Of a DNA stretch of 64,000 bases, positions 37,701 through 49,559 are shown in pieces (position 1 is the first letter of the stretch; every line of letters starts with the position of its first letter). Source of the stretch: Mizuhopecten yessoensis (Eukaryota); NCBI RefSeq assembly GCF_002113885.1, contig NW_018408485.1, forward strand, positions 242,287 through 306,286, read 5' to 3'. The notes under the pieces are model-generated. The model was not told the DNA's origin. It saw only the letters and a program-made list of their open reading frames with translations, and searched no databases. The translations under genes were made by a program, and so were the position numbers.

Positions 37701-40700
37701 AGATGACTTTGCCTATTGAGGGAGTGTACAAGGTAACAATATATGCTAGTGTTAATGGCGATGACTTCGGACCAATAGTCAAATTTCGACTACACTGTGA
37801 AAAGCGATTTGACAAGTGTAGCATGCTTCCTGCTGATCCGAAGGAAGTCGGGTTCGGTCCAGGATTAGCTGCTAAGGACGGGGGGTTATTGTTTCCATCT
37901 CATTCTAACGGGTTTTACTCTGTCGGACACAGCACTGTTTTCACAGTATCGTTTGTGCTTGCAAAAGACATAGTCGAGGCAATTGAGGTGACTAGCACCC
38001 TTGCGCAGACAGAGGAAAAGGGGGTCAAAGGGTTCACTAATGACGTTAGAAGTACGGTAGACAGGAAAAGAGGCTGTGTTGACATAGACATCACCATTCC
38101 TGGCGAGGGCATATTCATGTTGTCCATCTGGACCATGCTTGACAACGGTTCAGCCAATCAGACTAAGATATCGAAACTAGCCTGCTGCTACATACTGATA
38201 TCCAACCCTGATATACCTCCTGCAGTACAGGTAAGTGACGCAAGAGATAAATGTTTGGTAGTGGAATCAGGAGCAGTCCTTGTAATAAAATCATGTATTC
38301 TTTTTAGAGATGAGCTTTGCTAGTTTTGCTTATTTTGTCAAAGCAATAGTCGAATTATATAATAGATAAGTAAAAGTGAGTTGATTTGTTTACAAAATAA
38401 AAGCCATCTTTGGTAGTGTGTCTAATTGTTTTTCACACCTTCAATTTATTAATAGTTCTTACGTTTGAAAGGTTTTTAATAAATGCTTTGTTAATTTCAC
38501 AAAGAAAGAAAAATGTCAGAACTCTAGCTTCCCTTATTATTAGCCAAATGTTCAATACACTTTAGAGGAGTAATATCTGCATTTGACAGCAAAATTTGTA
38601 ATCATGTAATATAACGGAAAACCTCTCATATCTATCCATTATATGTATATAAATACAACGTTCATATGTTGACATATTAATGATGAAGCGCCGTCCCGTG
38701 AGATATTCGCTGATGACATGTCCGAAATGAGCCAGGACAAACGCACTTGTATTACGGGTATATCTTAAAGGTCAATATAACACTCACCCATTTACGTATC
38801 AGGTACAATATTGTATAGCGTTGATATTTCGCGGGGCTTTAATTTCGCTATATTCGCGATTTGACTAATAGCTGCGAATTCTAAACACCAGCGAAATCAT
38901 CGAAAATGTTGACCACTTTTACGGACCTTATAACAATATGTTGAAAATATTTATAACCCAACGATTTTATGCAAGCTTATATGAATTCGAATCAGATTAT
39001 CACCGGACAACTTGGCAGTCCATGTAAAAACAACACTTACAAATAAGTGTCCACAACATATTTATGTGTACACAGTAGATGATTAATTGATTTCATTTTA
39101 ACCCTACAAAGGTACATACATATTAGATTTTCTGTCGAGTATTGTCACTGGCGGATGATGACGCTCAGGATCAGTGTTTTCAAACGGTTTATCTGTATTT
39201 CGAAATTAAACCCCCGCGAATATGTACTGAATATGAAACCGCGAAATATTGACCCCGCGAATTTAAAGCGCTATACAGTATAAACTCTCGTTATCGCATT
39301 AAGCGTTTCATATCAGAAACAGGTTGACCACTGGTGAAGCTTGTAAATAGCATTTGGTGTCCCTGTCATTTATTTTTTAAGACACAAAACCCGTTAGCTC
39401 ATGACTTGAATAGCCTGTAACCATAATTTGTCAAAATTGTTTCTACCACAATACGCTGTGTTATTCCACTCTCAGATCATTGTATAAACACGCAGACTGT
39501 TAGATAAATATGAGTTATATACCACATGTGGTATATGACTTTCAAGACTTTTGATTGGTCGATAAGATGAACTTTGACCGGGAAGACTTTTTCCACGTGC
39601 TTTTTGCCACCTGCTGTTTTGTTTACGTCATCGGCTGTCAACATCCGACAAATCCGACAAATCCGACAAATTTTCAAAAGTTACAGAAAGACACTCGCTA
39701 AAGCTCGTGTGTTTTGTAACTTTTGAAAATTAACTAACTCGAGTGAAATAAATACCATATTCAACAACCACTCGTTGTGTAACCTCTATATATTTCCCAG
39801 GCAAAGCCTGAATATTATAAAGTTAGTAACAATATAGTTTTATCAACAATATTGCAATGCGAATTGTTTAGCATAATTAAAAGTACTTTTAAAACTGATT
39901 TTTTTTACCTTACTTGGTAACAAATGTAGAACAAATATTAACAACAAATTTAAACGCTATTTACACGGAGAGGTTCCACTTTAAAATTCACCGGGATGTC
40001 AACGTTAGAAAATGACATGGTGACAGTTTTGCCACAATAGTACATATCACTGTGTTATTAATCATGGTCTTCCGAATGATACATACAAATAGAATAAAAA
40101 CATAAATATGAAATACATGGTGATACAATGTTATTCAACTTGTCATATCTAGTTAAGATATATTGGGGGGGGGGGGGGGAATCAGATTATCTTGTATAAC
40201 AGTTTATACTAATTGGCAAAAAAGAACTCGTGAACGCTGTGGTATTAGGTATTAAACCTGGTAATTACTCTTCTGAAGCTAATTATATATCAATGTGTCG
40301 CACTGTACTCACATTGACAACACGTAATGCAGATAATGCATTTTATAGTGACAGAAACGAAAAAGAAAAATAGTGAAACATATCATAATAATCGGAACGA
40401 AAAATACATGAACTACAAATAACATAGATGAAAGCAGGTACACAGAAGTACTAGTGTTTTCCGAACCACATGCTGCGTCCGTCACATCATGTCTTTTCCA
40501 CAGGGAGTTGAGAAAGCTGTTGGCTGATTGCAAAGTCCCTATAACCAGGGATAATAATTGGTGAACCGCTTTGCGCCGACCTACGAACTAGGTTGTGATA
40601 AAGCGGTATATAAGAAACTCAGATTATTATTATTATGTAAGATCTATGCTCCATTATTCACGAATCGCTAATGTGTTTTTTTCCCTAGACAAGGAAACAA

Positions 40701-43700
40701 CGGGAAGCTCGGAAGAATCTCCGACTGGCTCTAGTGGCCGACACTCTGGATGGCATCGAGTCAGCTATCACAAAGTGTGTTTATTATCATATACCTATGG
40801 AGGACGAGGAGGTAGAAAACGCCAACACCAGGGCGGAAATATTGAGGCTTTCTCGAGGTAAGTTGTAAAGTGAAACATACATGTAGGTAAGACGAAAATG
40901 GATTGAGAAATGTTCGTGTCGTATTTGTACGACAACTCCTTATAGTGTTTTCAACAATAAATATTACCAATTGAATTAAGTATTAAAACAAGAAAATTAT
41001 GAAACACTGAATTAATTTCACTGAAGAGGGCGACTTCAAAAACGTTACATTTAATATTGGCAATGCCAGTCATGTGTTTGCTCTTCTGTAATATAAAGAA
41101 TTCTGGAATTTGACTTGATTGATAGGTCTTTATCATTCCAGACAAGGTTACATTAAATAGTACGAATCAGGATTTACATGTTACGTTTATTATGAAACAA
41201 CATTCCCGGAAACTTTCCTTTGGCGGACTATTTTGTACAATGAAACAATCTAGTACAGACTAGTATATCAGAGGTATTTTGTAGGTAGCTTGTATAGATG
41301 TATTCATTATACTCAATTAAAGCATTTTGCTGAGGTCGAAATGTCCAGAAATCGACCGAAGTTGAAGGCTACAGTTGTTATATTATTTCAAAAACAGTAA
41401 TGTAAGCAACACAAAAAACAAAAAAACACAACAAAAAAGCTACGGAAGCGGGACGGTGCGTTCGTTTGGCGACACGTCATAATTCTATTATCAGAAATAC
41501 TCAGTCCTTCAACAAAAATCACGCGCTCCAAGTCAATATCGGTGTTTATCGGTGGACACATGATGCACTGCCCAATCAGGTATCGGGAATAATATGACAA
41601 AATATTAATGCAAACTAATTCAGGCTAGTGTGTATGTATATGTTAACATTGATACAACTAGTATAGGCATGTATACGTGAGCTAAAACAGTTAGGTTGTT
41701 TATACATGTAAACATTGATACAACTAGTATAGGCATGTATAAGGGAGCTTAATCAATTAGATTGTTTTTACGTGTTAACATGGATACAACTAGTATAGGC
41801 ATGTATACGGAAGCTAAATCAGTTAGGTTGTTAATACATGTTAACATTGATACAACTAGTATAGGCATGTATACGGGAGCTAAATCAGTTAGGTTGTTTA
41901 TACATGTGAACATTGAAACAACTGGTATAGGCATGCATACGTGAGCTAAATCAGTTAAATTGTTTATGCATGTTAACATTGATACAACTAGTATAGGCAT
42001 GTATACGGGAGCTAAATCAGTTATATTGGTTGTGCATGTAAACATTGATACAACTAGTATAGGCATGTATACGGGAGTTCAATCAGCTAGGTTGTTTGTA
42101 CATGTGAACATTGATACAACTAGTATAGGCATGTATACGGGAGCTAAATCAGTTAAATTGTTTATACATATTAACATTGATACAACTAGTATAGGCATGT
42201 ATACGGGAGTTCAATCAGTTAGGTTGTTTGTACATGTGAACATTGATACAACTAGTATAGGCATGTATACGGGAGCTAAATCAGTTAGATTGTTTATACA
42301 TGTTAACATTGATTCAGCTAGTATAGACATGTATACGTGAGCTAAATCAGTTAGGTTGTTTATACATGTTAACATTGATACAACTAGTATAGGCGTGTAT
42401 ACGGGAGCTCAATCAGTTAGGATGTTTATACATGTTAACACTGATACAAGTAGTATAGGCGTGTATACGTGAGCTAAATCAGTTAGGTTGTTTATACATA
42501 TTAACATTGATACAACTAGTATAGACATGTATACGGGAGCCTAATCAGTTAGATTGTTTATACATGTTAACATTGATACAGCTAGTATAGACATGTATAC
42601 GTGAGCTAAATCAGTTAGGTTGTTTATACATGTTAACATTGATACAACTGGTATAGGCGTGTATACGTGAGCTAAATCAGTTAGGTTGTTTATACATGTT
42701 AACACTGATACAACTAGTATAGGCGTGTATACGTGAGCTAAATCAGTTAGGTTGTTTATACATGTTAACATTGATACAACTAGTATAGGCATGTATACGG
42801 GAGCTAAATCAGTTAGATTGTTTATACATGTTAACATTGATACAACTATTATAGACATGTATACGGGAGCTAAATCAGTTAGATTGTTTATACATGTTAA
42901 CATTGATACAACTAGTATAGGCATGTATACGGGAGCTAAATCAGTTAGATTGTTTATACATGTTAACATTGATACAACTAGTATAGGCATGTATACGGGA
43001 GCTAAATCAGTTAGATTGTTTATACATGTTAACATTGATACAACTAGTATAGGCATGTATACGGGAGCTAAATCAGTTAGATTGTTTATACATGTTAACA
43101 TTGATACAACTAGTATAGGCATGTATACGGGAGCTAAATCAGTTAGATTGTTTATACATGTTAACATTGATACAACTAGTATAGGCATGTATACGGGAGC
43201 TAAATCAGTTAGATTGTTTATACATGTTAACATTGATACAACTAGTATAGGCATGTATACGGGAGCTAAATCAGTTAGATTGTTTATACATGTTAACATT
43301 GATACAACTATTATAGACATGTATACGGGAGCTAAATCAGTTAGATTGTTTATACATGTTAACATTGATACAACTAGTATAGGCATGTATACGGGAGCTA
43401 AATCAGTTAGATTGTTTATACATGTTAACATTGATACAACTATTATAGACATGTATACGGGAGCTAAATCAGTTAGATTGTTTATACATGTTAACATTGA
43501 TACAACTATTATAGACATGTATACGGAAGCTAAATCAGTTAGGTTGTTTAAACATGTTAACATTGATACAGCTAGTATAGACATGTATACGGGAGCTAAA
43601 TCAGTTATGTAATACAGTATGACAATCTTATGAAACATTTGCTGCTGTACTCCTATATATACAATGAATAACAAATGGTGAGACCCTTTTAAATATTTCA

Positions 43701-43878
43701 CAATTCATTTGTCTTTATTCCAGACATCAAATTCACCATTCAGAACCACCACCTTGCCAATGTACGACGAACGCTGTCGCAGGTAGAGCAGTCCCGGTAC
43801 GCACACTACTTCCGGCACGACATAACAGAGCTTCAGAAGTTAAAACAAGCACTGAAATGGAAAAAGAAGTACGTCTAA
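34568..43878 (+). CDS. Hillarin / kyphoscoliosis peptidase / LTD-1-like transglutaminase-fold protein (~718 aa, 5 coding exons)
   Basis: Join 34568-34771,35184-35441,36860-38230,40689-40857,43724-43878 is open with GT-AG introns. Family motifs: KTRVIMIWL, YSHFLSILYEKAGI..EISG, SWIAVYLDGRWQLI, FNYFYFLMNP..FYPNEPKWQLL, followed by beta-rich KY-type repeats. The 3' end is uncertain because there is an alternative donor at 43869. Confidence 0.8.
35184..35441 (+). CDS. Hillarin/KY-like exon 2
   Basis: tttgtag|EEYVRYHGNT...DPPV...IYDRARS|gtacgt, phase 0-0. Confidence 0.75.
35565..36130. mobile_element. MITE-like element in intron 2 (contains an 11-N gap)
   Basis: Inverted ends TTCAAAGGGCC(T/G)GTTTCCA at 35565-35583 and 36112-36130 (18/19 match). 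Confidence 0.55.
36860..38230 (+). CDS. Hillarin/KY-like exon 3 (transglutaminase-like domain plus beta-sandwich repeats)
   Basis: 457 open codons between ttttaag| and cag|gtaagt. Confidence 0.9.
38809..39280. mobile_element. TA-flanked MITE with CGCG-rich subterminal repeats
   Basis: Ends TATTGTATAGCG...CGCTATACAGTA; inverted ttcgcg/cgcgaa motifs at both ends. Confidence 0.75.
39470..39793. mobile_element. Non-autonomous repeat with long subterminal hairpin
   Basis: Hairpin AATTTTCAAAAGTTACA...TGTAACTTTTGAAAATT at 39669-39731 around actcgctaaagctcgt; resembles common invertebrate non-autonomous elements; class uncertain. Confidence 0.45.
40499..40635 (+). mobile_element. SINE 3' fragment (same family as 27885-28063)
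   Basis: cagggagttgagaaa...cgaactag.ttgtgataaagcggtatataag..(att)n. Confidence 0.7.
40689..40857 (+). CDS. Hillarin/KY-like exon 4
   Basis: ttccctag|TRKQREARKNLRLALVADTLDGIESAI...ILRLSR g|gtaagt. Confidence 0.75.
41636..43607. repeat. 66-bp minisatellite, ~30 copies, in intron 4 of the hillarin-like gene
   Basis: Unit tttatacatgttaacattgatacaactagtataggcatgtatacgggagctaaatcagttagattg. Confidence 0.97.
43724..43878 (+). CDS. Hillarin/KY-like exon 5 (probable last coding exon)
   Basis: ttattccag|DIKFTIQNHHLANVRRTL...LKWKKKYV*; phase matches exon 4. Confidence 0.65.
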
Positions 43879-45274
43879 AGCTGGTATATTTGGAAGGAAA
43901 ACGATGCCTATGTGCTATTCATATATATATGTTGATAGTGATAAAAAAACATAAACAATCATATAATTTTACTCCATTTGTTATTTAGTATGAGGCATCG
44001 TCGTGTCAGACCTCTGGTCAACAAAGACATTAACTGTGTTTCATAAGAGCATTTATCTCCGTCAACATCGTTACATATTGGTCTTTGTCGTCCTATAGAA
44101 TACTGATAGTAGCCTTCAGAATATCCAAAGGAATGGAATATCTTACGTTCGACATCCTAAAAGTGTTATAAAAGCTTCTACAAGTACTTCTACTGGAGAG
44201 ATCAGAGGATATTAGGAGGTCTACAAACAGAGAAGAAGCTCATTTCAGGCAATCTTGCTGATTCGAATGTGTGATTAGAAGGGATTGTTGCATTGATTTG
44301 ATGATAATGAAGAACTGATGTTTGCGAGATCGATAAAGTAACGCAGAAAATAACTTATAAATATAATTGGAAGATAAGTACTGTTTCATATTTTGTAACC
44401 GCATTGTTGTGATACTGTGGTTGATATTTCAGATAATAAATAATTACCTGAATTGAAACTTAACGTCGTTTGTTATGTTGGTTTGCAAGCGGTTTAAAAA
44501 CAAAACGACATTAATGCCTAAGAACGTGAGGGCCAATCCCATTTCTAGAGACTGCTTTGGTTGGCACGTTACCGGATTGTTTAGAACTCGCTGCAAGGTC
44601 ACAGTAACACTTCCACGACAAAAGCATACTTACATCAATCAATATACACACTTGCATTGTAAATAGATAAGAAATTTCCATGTTCTTTTATCGTCAATAA
44701 AGCGTTATTTACGGAATTGTGTTATAAATATCACGACCGCTTGAAACGATTACTTAAACGCAAGACGCAACTTAGTAGCAACATAATTAGTATTTGTATT
44801 CATGCAACACTTACAACCAAAACTTCATTCGTCGGAACACATGCTGGTCATGAAACGCAATTAAACTTATTTCTTTATTCCGACTGTCAATGATGTTTGT
44901 TATTTAGTTGAAATGACCAACATCATGTCGTAATAATAAAGCTGAGGAAACGTGTAAGGACTACTGTTAGTAAGCGTATTTATTTCAAAATCTAAAATTA
45001 GCCCCTTGACGTTTGTTTGTTTGATGAACTACCACATGGCGATTTAAGTTATCTCCCATGTGGTGTACATCAGTATAGATCGTCCTTTAAATTATTATTA
45101 TTGATGAGAAATGCACATTTTTTGTTTCATGTGTGATGCGCAGGTGGTCTGATGTATTATTTGATTGCGGTTAATTAAGTTGTTTTACAAAACAATTTAC
45201 ATGTTGACGCATTAGTTAAAGTTATTTCTAATAAGTCAAGGACAACTAAACACAGGCCTGTAATATATATATAT

Positions 45275-46379
45275 ATAAATACATGGGCAAAGATGTAATA
45301 ACGACAGTGCAGACAAAGGGTTTGTCAAATGTTCTGGTCGATCTGCCTCTTTATCAATACAAGAACATGAAATTGTACATAACAGAACATAAAACAGAGC
45401 AAAACCATGAGACAATAATACAATACAAAATACAATGTACCTAAACAAACAGAAGTTACTTATATAAGACATGCTGTTGTAATTGCATATCCCCTCGGTT
45501 AGCTTGTAACCGAAGGCTATTTATAGTAAATAATTCATCTTGAATACTTGAGGTCAAGTGAATTTATACTAAAATTCTAAACAAATGTAATGAGAAAATC
45601 TTAGGTCATAGAAGTTCGTGTAAACACGGCGCTAAAAAACTTTTCTGTTGACAGAACATGGATACAAAACGTGGAGTAATGTGACAGAACATGGATACAT
45701 GTATAAAACGTGGGTACAAAACGTGGGGTAATATTACAGAACATGGATACAAAACGTGGGGTAATGTGACAGAACATGGATACAAAACGTGGGGTTGTGT
45801 GACAGAACATGGATACAAAACGTGGGGTTGTGTGACAGAACATGGATACAAAACGTTGGGTAATGTGACAGAACATGGATACAAAACGTGGGGTAATGTG
45901 ACAGAACGTGTCGTATCCATGTTCTGTCACATTACCCCACGTTCTGTATCCATGTTCTGTCACAAAACCCCACGTTCTGTATTCATGTTCTGTCACATTA
46001 CCCCACGTTTTTCATCTTTGACTTCATTTTAATACTTGGTCGAGTAGTTCAGCTGTTTCGACGTACAGATACACCGTGTTTATAGTATAAATTCACTTGA
46101 CCTCACGTATTCAAGATGAATTATTTACTATAATTACCCTTCGGTAACAAGCTAACCGAGGGGATATGCAATTACAACAGCATATTTTATATAAGTAACT
46201 TCTGATGGTTTATGTATTTTGTATTGTATTATTGTCTCATGGTGACTGTTTTTATCTGTTTTATGTTGTGATATGTAAATGTTCATGTTCCTGTCTTGAT
46301 TAAGGGGCACATCGCCCTGAACATTTGACACATTTCTTTGTGTGCACTGTCGTTATTACCTCTTTACCCATATATCTAT
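45275..46379. mobile_element. Foldback-type element: ~300-bp inverted arms enclosing head-to-head 33-bp repeat arrays
   Basis: 45275-45575 is the reverse complement of about 46080-46379. The unit acagaacatggatacaaaacgtggggtaatgtg runs forward over 45651-45907 and inverted over 45913-46010. Confidence 0.8.
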
Positions 46380-46974
46380 TTAAGTAATATGCATCCAACC
46401 AACATTTGTTTGTTCGGATCTAGTGCCAATATTGGATCAAACTGTCGTTATTACTTATGAGACCTATATATATATATATGTGTAGATAATAAATCAACAA
46501 GTCTTGCGAAGGAAAATATATCATAAAATAATATATCCGTCAGTCCAAATCAATCCGCATGAAGACGCCCTAGAAGGCAGAAAGGCCTGTGCGGTCGATC
46601 TGACAGATTTCTTATTATATTCTTATAGCCTAACAGACAGAGTAAAGATGGTATAACATGTCAATCACTAGTATTGATTGCTCCAAAGATTTATATGAAA
46701 ATGACACAGATATTATGAATGTAAGAGACAATGCTACAGCGTTATGTGATTTTCGGTGTTATACCGTAATTTCACTATCACAAACTAAGCTTATAGCTAC
46801 TCATGTATAAGACAGTTAATAAAGTACAATACTGGTATCTTGTTATACTTCCTAACAAAAATACATGACAAAGGTAACTTGAACTACACATAATGCAAAA
46901 GTAGTGTGAAAGATCTGGGTAGTATATGTACAATTTAAAACTATGTACAAATAGTGGTTCTGTCAGTCAGCTGA

Positions 46975-47850
46975 ATTTTGGTAAAGCACCTTAAGATCCT
47001 TCCATGTATGAAGAGTATTTGATTCCACCATATCTGGATATTGAGAAGAAGATTTTTGAAATTTTAGTCAATTTGACCCTTTTTGCCCCCGCCCCTCATG
47101 CCCCTGGGGACTGGGGACCATATAATTCACAATTAAACTACAGTAAAGTTTACCCCCTCCCCAGGGGGCAACGTGAGACCCCAGGGTCATGAAAATTTAC
47201 AATTTTGGTAAAGCACCTTAAGACCCTTCCATGTATGAAGAGTATTTGATTCCACCATATCTGGATACTGAGGAGAAGATTTTTGAAATTTCAGTCAATT
47301 CGACCCTTTTTGGCCCCACCCATCAGCCCTTGGGGGTCAGTCAGGGCTGATATGTGCATACCATCAAACTGCTATCCAATACTGATAATGTTACCGAAGT
47401 TTTAATTGATTCCAATGGAAATTAAACAAATGTTGGTCCAAAATGTGATTTCCCTATATAAACTATAGTGAAGTTTGTTCCCTCCCCAGCGAAAAACGTG
47501 AGACACCAGGGTCATGAAATTCACAATTTTAGAAGGGCACCTTAAGAGACTTCCATCTATGAAGAGTATTTGATTCTACCATATCTGGATCTTAAGAAGA
47601 ATATTTTGAAATTTCAGTCAATTCGACCCTTTTTGGCCCCGCCTCTCAGGCCCCCCCGGGTCTGGGGACCATATAATTCAAACGTTTGGTTGACCTTTGT
47701 CCATGGAAGGTTTCTGCAAAATGTCATTGAAATTGGTTCCAGGGTTTTGGAGAAGAAGTCGAAAATGTAAATTGTTTACGGACGCACGACGCCGGACAAA
47801 AGGCGAATCGCAATAGGTCACTTGAGACTCTGTCTCAGGTGACCTAAAAA
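46975..47850. mobile_element. Helentron-associated (HINE/pearl-like) non-autonomous element with internal repeats
   Basis: Three copies of an internal block (about 46975, 47201, 47525), a short acgg/gacg tract, terminal hairpin TAGGTCACTTGAGAC-tct-GTCTCAGGTGACCTA at 47814-47846, then an A-run. Confidence 0.7.
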
Positions 47851-48374
47851 TCAGATGGAAACGATGATATAATGTAACGTATTCTTTCGTCAGTTTACCT
47901 ACATTTTGGTCTGATAAGTACTCACATATGATAAGGAGAGTATGGCCCGATAGGGTCATTTTATCTCAAAAATAAGTTTCCTAGAGGGCACAGTGCGTGT
48001 TTTTCACATAGTTATAAAAAGGCTGTATGCTTGAATCCAGGTAATACTTTCTATTCGACAGCTCGGACGTGAGAAACACTTTGACAAGACCAGTTTCAAC
48101 GGGAAAACACGTACATATCTATATTGCAACTACCCACACTGGTCAGTTCCTCCGCCCTTAGGACTTAGATACAACACTACGAAAACATCCCCCTTTCACA
48201 AACGACGAGATTCAGACTGTATGAACATGCCTCTGAACACCAATGTCCGGAGGATAGGTCCCAACTACTCTGATAATAAAATCAACAATATAAAAAAACT
48301 ACAGAAGGTGAGTCTACTACCATACCAAGTAAGAGCCAAGCACTGATAGTAACCGAAATAAGCAACTGTGAAAT

Positions 48375-48650
48375 AAGTTAAACAAACAAAGGAGAGCGAC
48401 TGTTAAATAGTGGATGAAATAAAGAAAAAACACTTTGAAAGAAGTAAAAAAAACAACAAAGGGAAGCTTATTTGAAAACATGAAACAACCAAAGATAATC
48501 TTCTTTGAAATTAGTAAAACAACAATCAAAGGTAAGCTACTTTGAAGAACTGAAACAATCAACGGGAAGCTACTTTTAAATAAATAAAAAAAACAAGGGG
48601 AAGCTACTTTGGAAAAGAAATGAAACAACCAAATGGAAGCAACTTTGTAA
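48375..48650. repeat. Degenerate ~33-bp A-rich tandem repeat
   Basis: Recurrent aaacaa.caaagggaagctactttgaa. Confidence 0.55.
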
Positions 48651-49559
48651 TAAGTGGTGAGACTGTAAAATTGTGAAACAAATAAAGAGATTTGAATCTG
48701 CTGGTATTATACGCTTTACACCATCATAGTTACATTTTTCTTTGTTTAGGTTTAATATTTTGTGTTTTGGAAATCTGACAACTATTATCGTGTACGTTAT
48801 GACCTATTTATGACAGTATGTGAATTAATTAATTCAGAGGTCATGATATATACAAGTTGTACAGGCAACTCGTTTAGAATGATGTGAGCGTATGGTTAAA
48901 AAAGGGTTAACTGTTGTAGGGAAAAGGTGAAAAAAATCCTTAATGATCTCAACTTTACTAAAAACAAACATAAAAAACATTTGTACTTTTATTCTGAACT
49001 ACTGTCTAATCCTTACCTGTATTATAAAACCACCGTCACGCTATGATCGATGTAACAACATAAAATGTGGCGTTACTTTTGTTTGCATACATTAGTCATG
49101 TTGTATAATGGCAGGGTCGACACGAATGCGTTGTTTCTGAGATATAACACTTCGCTGAAGTTCAAATCTTGACGCTTATTCAATTTAATTTTTTCTAAGC
49201 TCAGCTAAACCGAATTTACTTTTTCGACTTTACATAGAGCCGATACTATTTTTCCAAGGAATCATTTACAATTTTGTTTCTATTATTCGAACACTAGTTA
49301 ACTAAAACAATAGAGTTCTAGAGCATTTTCTACGGTGTATGTAGGAAATGAACGCAGCAATGACATGCTATGTACGAATCTCCATATTACTTTTATATTA
49401 CCTGTATACGCATCAAATGGTTTCATCACATCCGGAATTTTACGTGTGTTCTGGGTCATTATAAACACTGATGACTCTACAGCTAATCTACATAGCGCTT
49501 CTGACTGCTCACGTTTATGGTAATGTATATAATATTTTATGAGATCTTTTAACGCTGCT

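Noticed and set aside
41749-43701. Long repetitive ORFs (386, 286, 126, 105 aa) as protein genes
   Set aside because: They are by-products of a 66-bp unit divisible by three, inside an intron, and are interrupted by stops in diverged units.
44099-44280. Sixth exon of the hillarin-like gene
   Set aside because: An acceptor-like site exists, but the phase-compatible frame stops after about 24 codons with no recognisable similarity. It cannot be supported without transcripts.
45601-46032. Cys/His-rich repeat ORFs
   Set aside because: They are translations of the 33-bp repeat in the foldback element.
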